From assembly GCA_000934665.2 (NCBI GenBank), contig JYFJ02003539.1, positions 1 to 40,411 of the forward strand: a stretch of DNA of 40,411 nt. The letters are read 5' to 3'. Under the pieces are notes generated by a model. That model searched no databases. It saw nothing but the letters and a program-made list of their open reading frames with translations, and was not told the origin of the DNA. The position numbers were made by a program, and so were the translations under genes. This stretch comes from Catajapyx aquilonaris. Its lineage: Eukaryota. Position 1 is the stretch's first letter, and each line of letters starts with the position of its first letter. Shown in pieces: positions 22,867 to 35,361 of the stretch.

Positions 22867-25764
22867 ATGGATCGAATGAAGTGCAGGTTCTGCCGAACGA
22901 GAGAGGAAGACGAGTTGCATTTGGGGCAGATGACATTCGGCGGAGACATAGCCGCACATTACTACTGCCTGGTGAGTTCTCCTACATTAAATATTAATAA
23001 ATATGTACATATGTTATAGCAGAACTCAGGTTCCCATACGTGCCAATGATTGTTGTGAAAAATTTTGCATTTTTCTACACCTAGCTTCTGTCTTCTGGAC
23101 TAAACCAAGGTGGAGAAGACGACGAAGGAATTTTAGGTTTTCTTCCCGAGGACATAAACAGGGAGTTGAGGAGAGGAATGCCCCTGGTTAGTTACTGCGT
23201 GTGCTTTTAATTGTGCTTGGAAACCACATTAGCAATGGTTGCTCTTCCAGAGATGCAGTTACTGCCACATGAACGGAGCCACACTGGGCTGCTTCGTCAA
23301 GACATGCAAGAAGAAGTTCCATCTTCCATGTGGATTGAAACGTGATTCGTTTCATGAATTTTTTGGGGAATTCAGGTACATTAGTGGTGCTTCCACTTCT
23401 TTTTAACATGTACTTCTCCTCACTAGTGAATGCGACGATTAATGCATATTTTCATTCTGTGCAGGACGTATTGTTCTGAGCATCGCCCTAAACAAAAGGT
23501 GAAGCTGATTGGTGAGCCAGAGGGGGAGTGCCCAATTTGTTGGGAAGAAGTTTCGACTACCGACCGGGTTCACACTCTTTGGGGAGCTTGCTGCAAGAAA
23601 GCATTTTACCACCGTGATTGTATGCAGGTGGGTGTTTCATGCTCTCGTTGCATTTGCATCCCGAATAAAAACTTCCATCAGTCACTCGTGAATAGCTGGT
23701 CGGAACTGTATTAGCAAATTCACATGTCTTTGAAACGATTATATTTATTAAATCGATCTGATTTATTTGCATTGTTAATATTTTAATGCTGAAATATCCT
23801 GCTTGTTTCGACACTTGTAGAGGCAGGCCAACAGCGCAGGGATACAGGCCTTCAAGTGCCCACTTTGCAACAATGTTGACCTTTTTCAAGCGGAGATGCA
23901 GAAGTTTGGCATCTACATACCTGAAAAGTAAGTTTGGATCCCGTTTAGTTTTGCGCTGATGTGACTAACCGTGGCCCCCGTTTTAGGGACGCATCGTGGG
24001 AACTTGAACCTAATGCATTCCAGGAACTCGCTGAACAGTATGGCAGCTGTGATGCGGCTGCATGCTTGTGCTCCAAGGGTCGGGGATTCAGTAAAGATGG
24101 GCCGTGAGTATGACTTGTTACGGACTAAGAAAATGTATAAAATAAAGCAATCCATTACCATTTCAGAGATTCTGTAAATTTTGAGGCTGCTTTTGGGCAG
24201 TGGACAGAGTGAAATTTATGAATATGAATAGTTTTGTTGTTTATGTCGGCAAATGGTATAGTGTGGACTGCATTTTCCATTGAAGTCGTCATCCTTTACC
24301 TGAGATTTTAACTTAGAAACAAGCCAGTATTTCGACAAAGTTGCCTTCCAGAAAGATTTGAGCTTTGAACCTCGTTATGTTTCAGGGACTGGAAAATTAT
24401 TCGGTGCCGTGGGTGTGGGTCTTCGGCTACCCACCTGAAATGTTGGCAGGAAGCTGGAGGTGTGGGGGAAAAATTTTATTGCCTGGAATGCAGGCCGCAT
24501 TTTTCAAAAGGTATGTAAGTGTTAGCCCATTAACAGGGCCCACTTTCCCTGGATGAAAAATGAAGCAGCACTGTCTATTGTAAGTAACAGCAACATTGCA
24601 CTCTATCTGTCACTTGATTATTTCACAGTGATGAAGCGCCGTCGAAGCGAGACAGTTCGAGGTGAGGGTGAGGATCGCCAACCATCAAGGGTCACCCAAT
24701 CGCCGCACAAGACCAGGTGCTTCTCATGTGAAGTTCCTCCTCAACAAAGGAGAGAGACCTCTTCTTCAACCTCAACTCGTCTTATGCAGCAAGACCAAGC
24801 AGAGGACTCGGATTCTGATGTTGAAATCGTGAATGTGACAATCGCACCAGTGACATTCAGTCGTACACCAGAGACATTCAGTCGTACACCAGAGACATTC
24901 AGTCGTACACCAGAGACATTCAGTGGTGCTCCCGAGACATTCAGTGGTGCTCCCGAGACATTCAGTCGTGCTCCAGAGAGGCCTGTAGTTGTCAACAGGA
25001 TTATAATAAACACACCAGGTCCTTATGAACCACGGACCCAGGCCACAACATCGCAGAAGAACGGGAAGGTAGAGTACATAGACCTTACAGGAGACGAAGA
25101 TGAGAAACCAAAGGTACTTGCACTCTTTACACTTGATATCACGCTTGATGTTTTAGACGTTTTTATTTTCACGTTACTTATTTTTGGTGGTGATGTATTA
25201 ACTTTTTTTTTTTTTTTGGTCATATTATGCACGATTTTCAATGCAAATTGTGTAGTACCTATGATTGTTTTTATTTTCAATCCTTGGTTGGTTGAATCCG
25301 CAGATGAGGAGAATCCACTGTACCTGAAGAGTAAGGAAGTTGCGTGGGATTATAAGAATTACCAGGGGTGTAGATCAAATATTTTTTTTAAGAAGCCAGT
25401 GGCAGGGAAGTACAGTGGATGTTCTGTGATTCAAACACTTATCTCGTTTACGTTGCCGATGTGACTGCACAGATATTCTTATTACTTGACATGTAAAGCT
25501 CACACATTTTCCCCTCCGACAGGAAATTTCAACATTCCAGCCGTCAAATTTGGGATTGGGTGTGGCGGCCACACCTCCGGTCGTTCACTCGGGGCTCATC
25601 GGTCCACCAGTTATGGGTAAATTACTAGATTGCATTCGATTCACTTGATCCTATTTGAACCCATTTGTAATTCGCTTGTTGTTTCAGATTTCTTTGCCCG
25701 CTTGCAGGCTCTGAAGGATTCCTTCCTGGAGCCTCCCCGTCCCGCCACAATAACCTTAGATTGA
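22867..25764 (+). CDS. G2E3/PHF7/pineapple-eye-like PHD/RING zinc-finger protein lacking the HECT domain
   Basis: Ten in-frame exons: 22867-22971, 23085-23186, 23251-23375, 23465-23627, 23821-23927, 23987-24103, 24386-24510, 24629-25113, 25523-25616, 25688-25764. Hallmarks: [84 protein letters not shown]. Confidence 0.92.
24853..24978 (+). repeat. Coding minisatellite, 6 x 21 bp (TFSRTPE x3, TFSGAPE x2, TFSRAPE)
   Basis: Unit ACATTCAGTCGTACACCAGAG and variants, in frame within exon 24629-25113. Confidence 0.95.
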
Positions 25765-27720
25765 AGCGTCCCCTTCTACGAGAATAGTACCTGAACAATC
25801 AACAGGCTCAACAATCAGCAATTGCGTACATGATGACATACATATGACTTTGATAGCAGTTTAGGTACTTATTGGTTTGATGATATGTAGGTTTTCATGA
25901 ACAATTGTATGCTAAACGAATAGTGTCATTTATTTACAGAAACATTTGTGAAGTTATATGCACCTGATCTAGCCATGCATAGTTACAACTTTCAAACTGT
26001 GACGTAGCCACATGAAAATGTGTGTTTAGCAAGCTGCCAAAATTTATTGCATTTCACAGCATGACTCTTGGGACGCAATTGCCCTGTTGTATGCTCCAGT
26101 TAAATTAAATAATTACAGTAAACATGGCGCATAATACAACTGTAAATAGCTCACGAAAGGATGGTTTTCTAGTTTTCGCACTTCTATTATTATTGTTCTG
26201 TGCTGTTTGGAAATGAGGGACATTTTATTAAATGTTATTTTTATTTCGAGAACATGTGTGAATCTGCCGGAACAAAGACTAGAATTATGCAGTCTGTAAT
26301 TCACCTGCTCAAAAGTTGTTTCCGAAGATAGTAGATTCAAATGTCATTTTCTTAGGATTTTCTTAGGATTTTCATATGGATGATACTGAACTACAAACAT
26401 ATGATTTCATGAGCATTTACCTTGTGATTCTTTCAATTATACTTTATTGTTTGTTTTTTTTTAACCTTGATAGAGCTGTAACATTTGTGATTTGTTATTC
26501 CTCTATGTCTTGAAACTCAGGAGTTTGCCAATCATACGCATTTTTCGAGGGTGCCACATGTGCAAAGAAATATGCAAAAAAAATTTGACCTGAGACTTTT
26601 TTACATTGTTACCTGCTTTCTTTCTTTTATATATTTTAAGAAGATTAGAATTAAGCCATAAGCATACTAAGTCAGATATTAGAAAAGGATGACGTTCGTC
26701 AAGGGAGATATGCATGTGTAAATTATTCGGATGTTTTTACGCAGTGGTACTGTTAATGTAGTATCGCATCAAAGAGGTGCAGCATTGGAGTGAAACGACA
26801 GGTTTTACTTTGATGGGCAATGCTGCAATTTATTATAATGATTAATTTGTATGTTTATCTCGTGTTACTTTCGTATTACTGATAGATCTCAGAGGTATAA
26901 GATTATATTGGGATATTTTGGCAATAATGTACTTACTGAGTTTTGCGAATCAGTAATATCATGCAAAATTAAGCACCTGATTTGTTTGGTGTCAGTTGCT
27001 ACAGTGTATATTCTTTGCACTCCCCGTGGCTTCTTGTAGAGTTATTCAGCCTTTCATGTGAGGCTATTCTGTCTTGGCAAATTCAGGTCTTGACAATTCG
27101 AGTTTGAATCATGTCACCTAAGTGGGAGAGAAAGTGGGAGATCCTTCGTTCCCGGAAGAGCCGTGATTTTGGCCAGAAACGACATTGCATTACAGAATAG
27201 CATGTGACGCACTGAACTTTTCAAGGAATCGTTGTCAAGGCTGCCAGGGTTAAAGCCATTTTGTGTCTTGTTCGTTGATATTTTCTTAAAACAACCCACG
27301 CCCACTGGGTCCAATTGTGGAGTACGTTTTGGTGTATGTAAGCAACTGTGCACAGAGTGAATGACACATGTGGGGGGGGGGGGGGGGGGNGGGAAACCCC
27401 TTGTAAAATGGAATGGATGAAATGAAATAAACTGAACTAGTTGTGCAGAAACTGGTAATTTTAAAGTGGGAATAATAACTTGACTAATTAATTTGATCTT
27501 TCCAACTCACAGATTTCAGCTAGTTGGCCTGTAAAAATAGTCTCCATTTCCGAGAAAGAACCTCCGGAAAACAAACCGTCCCATTTCGTCAAACTAGACG
27601 TGTGGATTAGAAGAGGTCGTGAACCAGCCGTTTACAACATGCTTATTACGTTCTAGGAGTAAAATGCATTTGCTGTAGTTGGTGACATGCATTTTGACGT
27701 GATGTGACACCCTTCTTTCT

Positions 27721-28930
27721 TTACTCTGGTACAGCTTTGTTGAAGTAGTGGACATGGTCAGCAGACCTCCTTTGCCGTGTCCGTTGGCGCCATGTGTCGA
27801 ACGGTCCCTTGGGTCGCCGGAAGTGGGAGCAGTCCGGAAGAGTGGCGCAGCCAGTGTGAAATTGGGATCTCTCCCCTCGGTTCTGAAGGTAAGACGAGAA
27901 GACCGCCTGTCGCCTCGCCTGCTCCTGCGCCTCCATCCGTCTGCGTACCCTGTGCACGTAGAGGAAGGGGTGAGTGATGGTTTTTGCTACACAAAAGTCA
28001 CTCAGCATACATTTCATCCGAGTCCAGCATGAAGCTGGACTCCTCGCGGGAAGGAGACCCAACCCTGAGCCAGTCCTCGTCTCCTCTGGAGCACCTCCTG
28101 CTGTCCATCTGGGCGTTGCTGCTGTTTCTGCCCCTGTCCCTCAGCACGACCCATCTTGGAGGCTCCTGCATCGTCCAAGGTGTGTGCACCGGGTGGTACC
28201 AAGGACTGGCCCCCGAGGGTCGGCTGCACATGGCCGCTGGCAACCTGGGTAACACAAGCTCCTGATGAGACCTGATGCTGTCTATCCTTCCATTTGGTGG
28301 TTCAGGACTCATGTCCACCTGGGGCATGAACAGGGGATGGTCTGCGTACCAGTTCACATGCGGGTACTGGACAGACAAGGTGTGGTAGTGCCTGGCGAGA
28401 GAAACAGCGACAAAATGTACTCGAGAATGCGCAGATGCGTGCAGCACTTACCGCGTTTCTGGGGACCAGTACTGCGGGTGGTTGGCGACGCTCTTCGTGT
28501 AGTACAACTCATGAAGTGTCTCCGGCGGGATCTGCTTGGCCCATCCTCCTATCACTCTGGAGGAGCGGGGATCCCCACTGAATCCTTGAAAGTAGTAAAG
28601 CAAACACCTGCCTGAACCCGAAATGACATCACGATGGATCATTTACCTTCACGCACCACCTTTGGCATGGCCGTACACAGACTGTTGGTGCCATACCAGA
28701 AGGGGTCCAACTTCCGAGCCACTGCTGGTGGTTCCTCCCTGGCCTTTTGGGACACCCGAACACGTTCGGGGGCATCCAACTGACCAGGGGGACCGTGGCC
28801 GTATATGTGGGGCAGGCTATATCGTGACCCTTCTCCCGCACCTCTATGTCCTGCACATAATAATAATCATTAGTAGTACTAGTATTGCTGTGATTTTTAG
28901 TTTAGTTCATTTAATCCACTTATTCTGATT

Positions 28931-28990
<60 letters not shown>

Positions 28991-29381
28991 CCGGGTAGTG
29001 CTTGACAGAGGTATATAGCACGGACCTTTATTTATGTCTCGTACATATATTGGAACCTTTATACGTAACTCCCGGGCCCACGGGCAGGATGACAGGAGGG
29101 GATGTGCAAAGTGCAGTGCAATGTCTTTATGTGGCCATTTTTAGTGAACTCCCCCGGGTGGTTTAGTCTGTAGGAAATACCACCCGAGACGAAGCCTGAG
29201 GTGTCCCAATGAACTCTGCACGATTCTGATTTATATATGCCTTACCTTTTCCGGCTGACTTCCGCTTGCCTTTTGAGCGACTGTTGCTGCGCATGTTGTC
29301 CCATTTCTGTATACTGCCCTGAATACGTTCCGAATTTAATTTTACGTAATCGTCATATGTAATGCAATCCGATTTGACCAT
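27721..29381 (-). CDS. Hypothetical spliced orphan protein (~360 aa), no recognisable domain
   Basis: Exons 28850-28647, 28584-28452, 28391-28011 and 27949-27721 have canonical GT-AG signals, ~60 bp introns and mutually consistent phases. Candidate first exon 29381-29246 (aag|GTAAGG) fits the phase, but the 5' end is uncertain. Confidence 0.6.
28932..28990. repeat. (AAT)n microsatellite
   Basis: About 19 perfect AAT units in the putative first intron of the orphan gene. Confidence 0.95.
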
Positions 29382-29937
29382 TGTTTGTACTTATTGCGAA
29401 TATGCTAATTTGTTTTTTTGCAAACTAGATCTCGGACAGCCCCAGGGCGAAGCAGGTTGGTCGTATTCGCCACAAACGGGGGCGTCCGATCTCATGGAAA
29501 GCCCGAATGCTACTGGAAATAAGTTGACCTTGACAACAATACGCTCATTGTTGGGACGATTGTTTGCTTTTTTTTGTTTACATATATGCCGGCTGTACGT
29601 AACTGGGGTAACCATGTTGTACAATTATTGACAGGATTGTTCTCAAGTGTTGCTGTCCATTCGGTTCGATTAGTCTTTGTTGTTGTAAGTGGATAATTGC
29701 TTTTTTTTTAAAAAAAAATCATTGTTGCTTACATGATGTTCAAAATGTCCCGCTCTTTTCAGACAGCGATGTGAGCGCTCCCTCGGAACAGTTCCGTCCT
29801 GTCAGCCGCATCAACGCGCCCAAGATGGCGACCGTCACAAATTGAGACGTTCGAAGGCCACTCTTTTTCTTCACGTTTCAAAGCGGTTGGTTTGGCCCTT
29901 ACAACCTTTTTGGAAGGAGGAGGAGGAGGCACACACC

Positions 29938-32738
29938 ATGGCATCATCAGTCACCTTGGACATGTTGTTCGAAGCAACCCTGTACAACAGGAGGCTTCTG
30001 GAAGGACTGGTCGCACGATGGGACGCCTGGGAAGAGAAGGCCATGGCCAAGCTGGAAGGATGGCATCGCGGCTCTCGGGAGGACGGAACAGCAGGTCGGG
30101 AGGACGGTAAGGAATGGGAACAATTATTAAAAGACATGCTCCCCCCGGACATCAAACGAGAGGCCCTCCGCAAATGTATACCAAACTATCCGCTGCATTA
30201 CATTTTGCAGTACTTCTGCGAAACTGTCACGTTGAACAAACAACGGGGTTGCATTCACTGGTTCCAAGCGGCAGCGGAACCCATTCTTCGCACACCCTGC
30301 TTCAATTATTGCGCCATTTAAAGTACCGCGATGGCATTACCATGGCAACAACGGAACGGGTTGCCATGGCGGCGACACTTATTGATCACATCGCCATGGC
30401 AACAGGCCGTGTTTCGTTGTTGCCACGGCGATGGGCTCACCAAGCGTAGCCGTGGCAACCGAACCGGGGAGGGGGGCAAATAGGTGACGACGGTTTGACA
30501 ACAGGTTGTACGCAGGCTGATTATTATTAAAGCGCATGTATTACAATTGATGGTGAAGTTTCGGGGCAATGAGATTGCACCAGCCGAAATCACCGTTTCA
30601 TTAGCGCACACGTTGAATGGTCTCCTGATGATCCGTTAGGAGCTGGCGGATCTGTAATTTCGGGATTCACTGTCGTTCTGTGGATTTTGCGAGTTACGTG
30701 TTTGCGTCCTCTTTCTGTTTCAGAGGCTGCTTCCAGGAAGCTTCTTTCCGGCATGTTCGTTTCGGTCGACATGAAGGATGAATTCTTCGAGCCGATTGTT
30801 ACCATCAAGGTGGAACAGGACCCCTCGGAATCGGAGGCGGATAAGACGCAGGTTAGAGTGCTGCAGTGCTCTAGGTGGCGGAAGACAATTCTATTAATAA
30901 GAGCATAATATAGCGCAACAATTTTTGTGTTTGGATCATGATCTGATTGGTTACACTGTTGGCAACATATGTCGTAATGTGTAGAAAATTCTGAACTAAA
31001 ATCAACAATATCTTGGCATACCATGTACTGTACTGTATTTTATTCGGCTTTACAGGGGAGCACGGACGATGACCTGGCAGCGGAGACAGCCCAAAACATC
31101 AGTGCAATATCCGACATTTTATGGCAAAGATCTACGGGTAATTGGAAGCTGGGTAGACGTAATTATACCCCCTGCAGTTTAAGGACTCATCACTTGTATT
31201 AGACTTTTAATGGTTTGAGTCGAAAGGGTCAGTTATTTTAAAATTCATGCCTGACGTATAGTTGCAATCAAAGTTAATTGATGAGGGTGTTACTGGTTGA
31301 GAAATCAGATGTTAAAAATCCTGTTCGTAGCCCAGTCTGGTGCGTAAAGAAGTTTCATATTGTCATTGTTTCCGCAGGCAGAGGAGCAGCCTGCAGGCCT
31401 ACACATCCGGTTGGTGGAGTTCACCCGTCGGAGGAAGTCCTTGGTATCTCTTCGATTCACGAGAGAGCCCACATTCAGGGAACGAAATGCGGAAGCAATT
31501 TGAAACCAAAGGTACAGAAGGCATGACATTAGTGACGAACACAACTGGAATGCGCGTTAGTTAATCTTGTTGATGGAGGATAGGATTTATTAATTCCTTT
31601 TAATACGAGCTTCAAATTTTGCTCTTGCGTAAGAAAGCATATAGGTTTTTATTTTAAATCCTAGGAGCAATGACAACTATTAAGCAAAATAATTGTAAAG
31701 CGCATTAATAGCACCAGTATTAAATAACGGAAAGTAGTTAGCCTGAGATTTGTCAAATGACCAGTGAACTAAACTAGTTATGTACTGGTCAATTGTTGTA
31801 AGTGGATACTTTCAAACCAGTATATTGTTGACATTTATTAGCATGAGTTCGTGTTATGACTTACTCAGTAATTTACATTCGTAATGATTTAGTAATCCTT
31901 TTTAAATAGTGCTTTAATGCATGCAGGCCTCTACTTCTGGAATCTCGGGGAGCAATAAGCCGAGGATAGTTGAGATAACAACATCAGCAGCAGGTGGTGT
32001 GTCGTGTGACCCGACTGGTGACGCAAGCGGAGCAGCGACCACGGGGGGAAAACAAGTTGTAAGCATGATACTCAGATCTTAACTGATCCGAACAAGCGAT
32101 AAACTACAGTCTCGGCTGAAGTTGCACAGAAGGATGCAGATGTAGCAATTGCAACAATGACCCTCTGCAACATACCTAAGATTTTAGTGACATCACACCA
32201 TGTGCTTGTTGTTGCAACTTTTAGCTTCATGTCACTGCCTAATTTTCATGAAATCTCACAGGGTGCTGCGTGTGAAGATGCGGAAGACTGCAATTTCCAT
32301 TTTCGTGAGAGTGAGACTGAAGACTCGAGTGATAAAGAGTGTGGGACTTCTGCTGGTTTGGCCATCGGACGCAGCTTGAGTCTAACGGGAAAGCTGTACC
32401 GGTGCGAGTTATGTCCGTACCAGTCGTCAAGGAAGGCGACGTTCATCAGGCACCAAAACGTCCATTCGGGTGATAGGCCGTACGTTTGCGTCATTTGCGG
32501 AAAAAGGTTTGCCTTAAAGGCCAACATGCAAGCGCACCACAAGACCGTCCACGTCGAAGCGAAGCCTTACTCCTGCGACATGTGTGACAAGAAATTCAAT
32601 TGGTTACCCAGGCTGGAGCAGCATAGGAGGATCCACACGGGAGAGAGGCCGTTCCCTTGCGAACTATGTACAAAATCATTCACCGCCCGTTCCGCTTGGA
32701 GTCGACACATGAGGCTTCACGCTGTAGGATGCACTTAA
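29938..32738 (+). CDS. C2H2 zinc-finger protein, family copy 2 (N-terminal domain + 4 fingers)
   Basis: Exons 29938-30106, 30724-30851, 31056-31137, 31378-31511, 31927-32058, 32262-32738 join in frame. N-terminus MASSVTLDMLFEATLYNRRLLEGLVARWDAWEEKAMAKLEGW; fingers with SGDRP and TGERP linkers. Confidence 0.85.
30336..30459. promoter_or_regulatory. Cluster of five RFX X-box-like palindromes
   Basis: ATTACCATGGCAAC (30336), GTTGCCATGGCGGC (30360), ATCGCCATGGCAAC (30390), GTTGCCACGGCGAT (30419), GTAGCCGTGGCAAC (30446), all close to the consensus GTTGCCATGGCAAC. Confidence 0.6.
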
Positions 32739-33486
32739 ACAAAAGTCCAGTTTTGTACATTTTGCACGCATGAATATCATAGGTAATTCCGCACACAGTA
32801 ATATTGTTCAGTTGCACATGTTTAATGCATGAGTTGGTAGTTTCCACTTGTTTTTAGCTTTTTCTGCATTATTTTCAATGACATGTTTGTGCACAGAAAA
32901 TGTGTATTTTTTTTCCGATCGCCACAATTGCATGTTTTGATGGAATGTGCGAGAGTGTGATTGCCTCGTCATTACGACGATAGTTGCAATTTATTGTAGT
33001 ACCCATTTCATGTAAATATGTGTACACTCTGCTGTACTTTGAGCCAATGAACATTTTTTGGCCTAATAAAATTATCACACATTTTGCACAACATTTTTGC
33101 ATAGTTATGTATTTTCCAAGCCTCTTTATGCCTACCAGTCAACAAGTCAATCCTGATCAATTTCTGCCGTACACCATACGATCATTATCGATTACGAACA
33201 ATTGTCCTGGAAAATGTGGTTATTATAATTATAATTAATTATAATCGTATGACCTTGAAACAAACAGCGGTGGGAATCCACCCTTCGAACTGTTTTCTGT
33301 AACAGTGACAGCAACGGGCCCGCCTAAAAATCCAAGATGGCGGCTGATTTATATTGATCGATTGGTTTTTCCTAATTTTTGTCAGTTTTCGGGCCGAATC
33401 AAGAGTTTGATCGGACCAAAATCGATTGTATTCGTGTTGCCAGAGAAGATTGAAGGCCGAGAGAGAGAGAGAGAGAGTAGAAGGCA

Positions 33487-35361
33487 ATGGCTGATGTGAC
33501 TATGGAGTCGTTGATGGAAGTGTCGCTTCACAACAAGGGTCTTCTGGAATGGTTGGTCTGTCGTATGCGTCTGTTGGAGGAGAAGATGATGGCCAGGGAA
33601 GGTATACATGCAATGGGAAATATTAATAAGGAAAGGTCATATGATATCGGAATGATTGTCTGTTTCAGATGCTGTATCCAGCAACCTGCTTCCCGAAGAA
33701 GTTGCGTCCTCCAGTGCGTCCAGTGGATGCAACGAGGCTGTTGAGGACGTGAAGGTGAAAGAGGAATGGGCATCAGAGGAGGTGAGCTGTATCGTCAGTG
33801 ATGTGTAGGGAAAACAAGCCAGTTGTTGACAGTAAATAATCAACCATATTTACTTGCAAGGCCGCCCACAATGTCTGAAAATGTTAAATGAAAGTCTGTG
33901 CCGCCGCTATGTTTCAAGATATGCTTTCCTTTTTTATTGTTCAGGGGATGTGGAATGAAGATATGGAAGCAGAGACTGCCAGCCTCTGTCCTACTGAATC
34001 AAATTACGTGAATGCAGGTATGACGCGCATTGTCATTTATAATTGAAAGATATTGCGCTGACAATAACAATTCAAATTGTTATCATTGTTGCATTCGTGA
34101 TGTAATTTCCATATTGGATGAGTGCTATGGTTGCACTTAAATGAATATTCTTCCTTGGAACTGTTTAGCAACCATTCCCACTGTAGCATTCTCCCTTTTT
34201 TGCACAGATGGAGTCGAAGCTTCCTCATGTGATCTACCGGTCAATGGGCAGTTCCAATCACAACGAATCGGAGGACTGCCTACACTTCAAGAGGGAACCT
34301 ATCCGGAGGAAATGGCACTTGAGAGCATATTTGTGACTGAGGTGTGGTTAACGTTTTTTTTTTTTTTGTGGGATGAATTTAGTGTTAGTAAAGTGAAACC
34401 TGAATGAAAATTTACAGTGACCTACCAGGTTATGCAATATTCATTTGTCCACTGTGTCACTCTCGTACGAATGCAATGCAGCTAAGTTCATAATAAACAG
34501 TCCAATTGTTGACTTCTTTACGTATTGATTGTATCCACTAATTTTTGTCAGCTTTTTTTGCCATCTGACTGGTATGAAAAGATTGTTTCAGAGAGTGCTA
34601 ATGATCTGTTATTTCCTCACAGGCCAGTACTTCCGGCGCACTGGAGAACAATATGACAATGGCAGGTGGGGAATTGCCATCAGAGACATGCCTTCCATCT
34701 CGTAATTCATCGTGGGTCTCTGGTGGACGAGTAAAAAGGAGAAAGCAAGCTGCGGTAAGTCGCCTGATTAGAAGTGATAAGAGCTCTATTACCTAAGAGT
34801 GTATGGTGGAATTTCGCAGTTGTTAACGAAGCTGTTTGAATGCATCTTGCAGGGTATTGAATCAGAATATGTAAAGGACCATGAGGTGTCCTGGTCCACA
34901 AGTGATGCTTCTAATGGTGGATTAAGCCAGAAAAGGAAGCGAAAGCAACAAGTGAAGGTACGTTTCTCTAAATGTATGTCCAGGTGATTTTTTAAGGAAG
35001 GAACAGTCACATTTCTGTTACACGTTCACATGGTAAGTGCACTCCCGTTTTCTATAATTATTTTTAGAACTGCAGTGAAATGCAAGCAGTTGACGCCAAC
35101 AATGAGAATGTCAACGACGAGGGCTTTCCTGAAATGAACCTTGGGACTTCTGCTGATTTCATTGCGGAAGTAAGTTCGAAGTGGGGAGGAAAGAAGATTC
35201 ATCGATGCCAGTTATGTCCATACCAGACTGAATTTAAGCAGAACTTGACACGCCATAAAATTGTACACAGTGGCGTACAGCCACACAGTTGTGACGTGTG
35301 CAAAAGGAAGTTTGGACACAAGAGCAGCTTACAAAGACACTACGAGGCTCTTCATTCTTGA
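33487..35361 (+). CDS. C2H2 zinc-finger protein, family copy 3 (shortened N-terminal domain; 2 intact fingers, further fingers eroded after a stop)
   Basis: Exons 33487-33601, 33669-33781, 33945-34017, 34208-34341, 34623-34754, 34853-34957, ~35068-35361. N-terminus MADVTMESLMEVSLHNKGLLEWLVCRMRLLEE. TGA follows finger 2, and degenerate finger remnants continue to ~35620. Confidence 0.75.

Noticed and set aside
24853..24978. CRISPR-like array
   Set aside because: Contiguous 21-bp units without unique spacers, in frame within a eukaryotic exon: a coding minisatellite. No cas genes are present.
25114..25464. Hydrophobic transmembrane-like stretch at the end of ORF 24553-25464
   Set aside because: Read-through into a T-rich intron after the donor AAG|GTACTT at 25113.
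29065..29167. Additional coding exon for the orphan gene
   Set aside because: It has splice-like borders, but the phases I tested lead to stops when joined to the downstream exons; it may be a UTR exon or not used.
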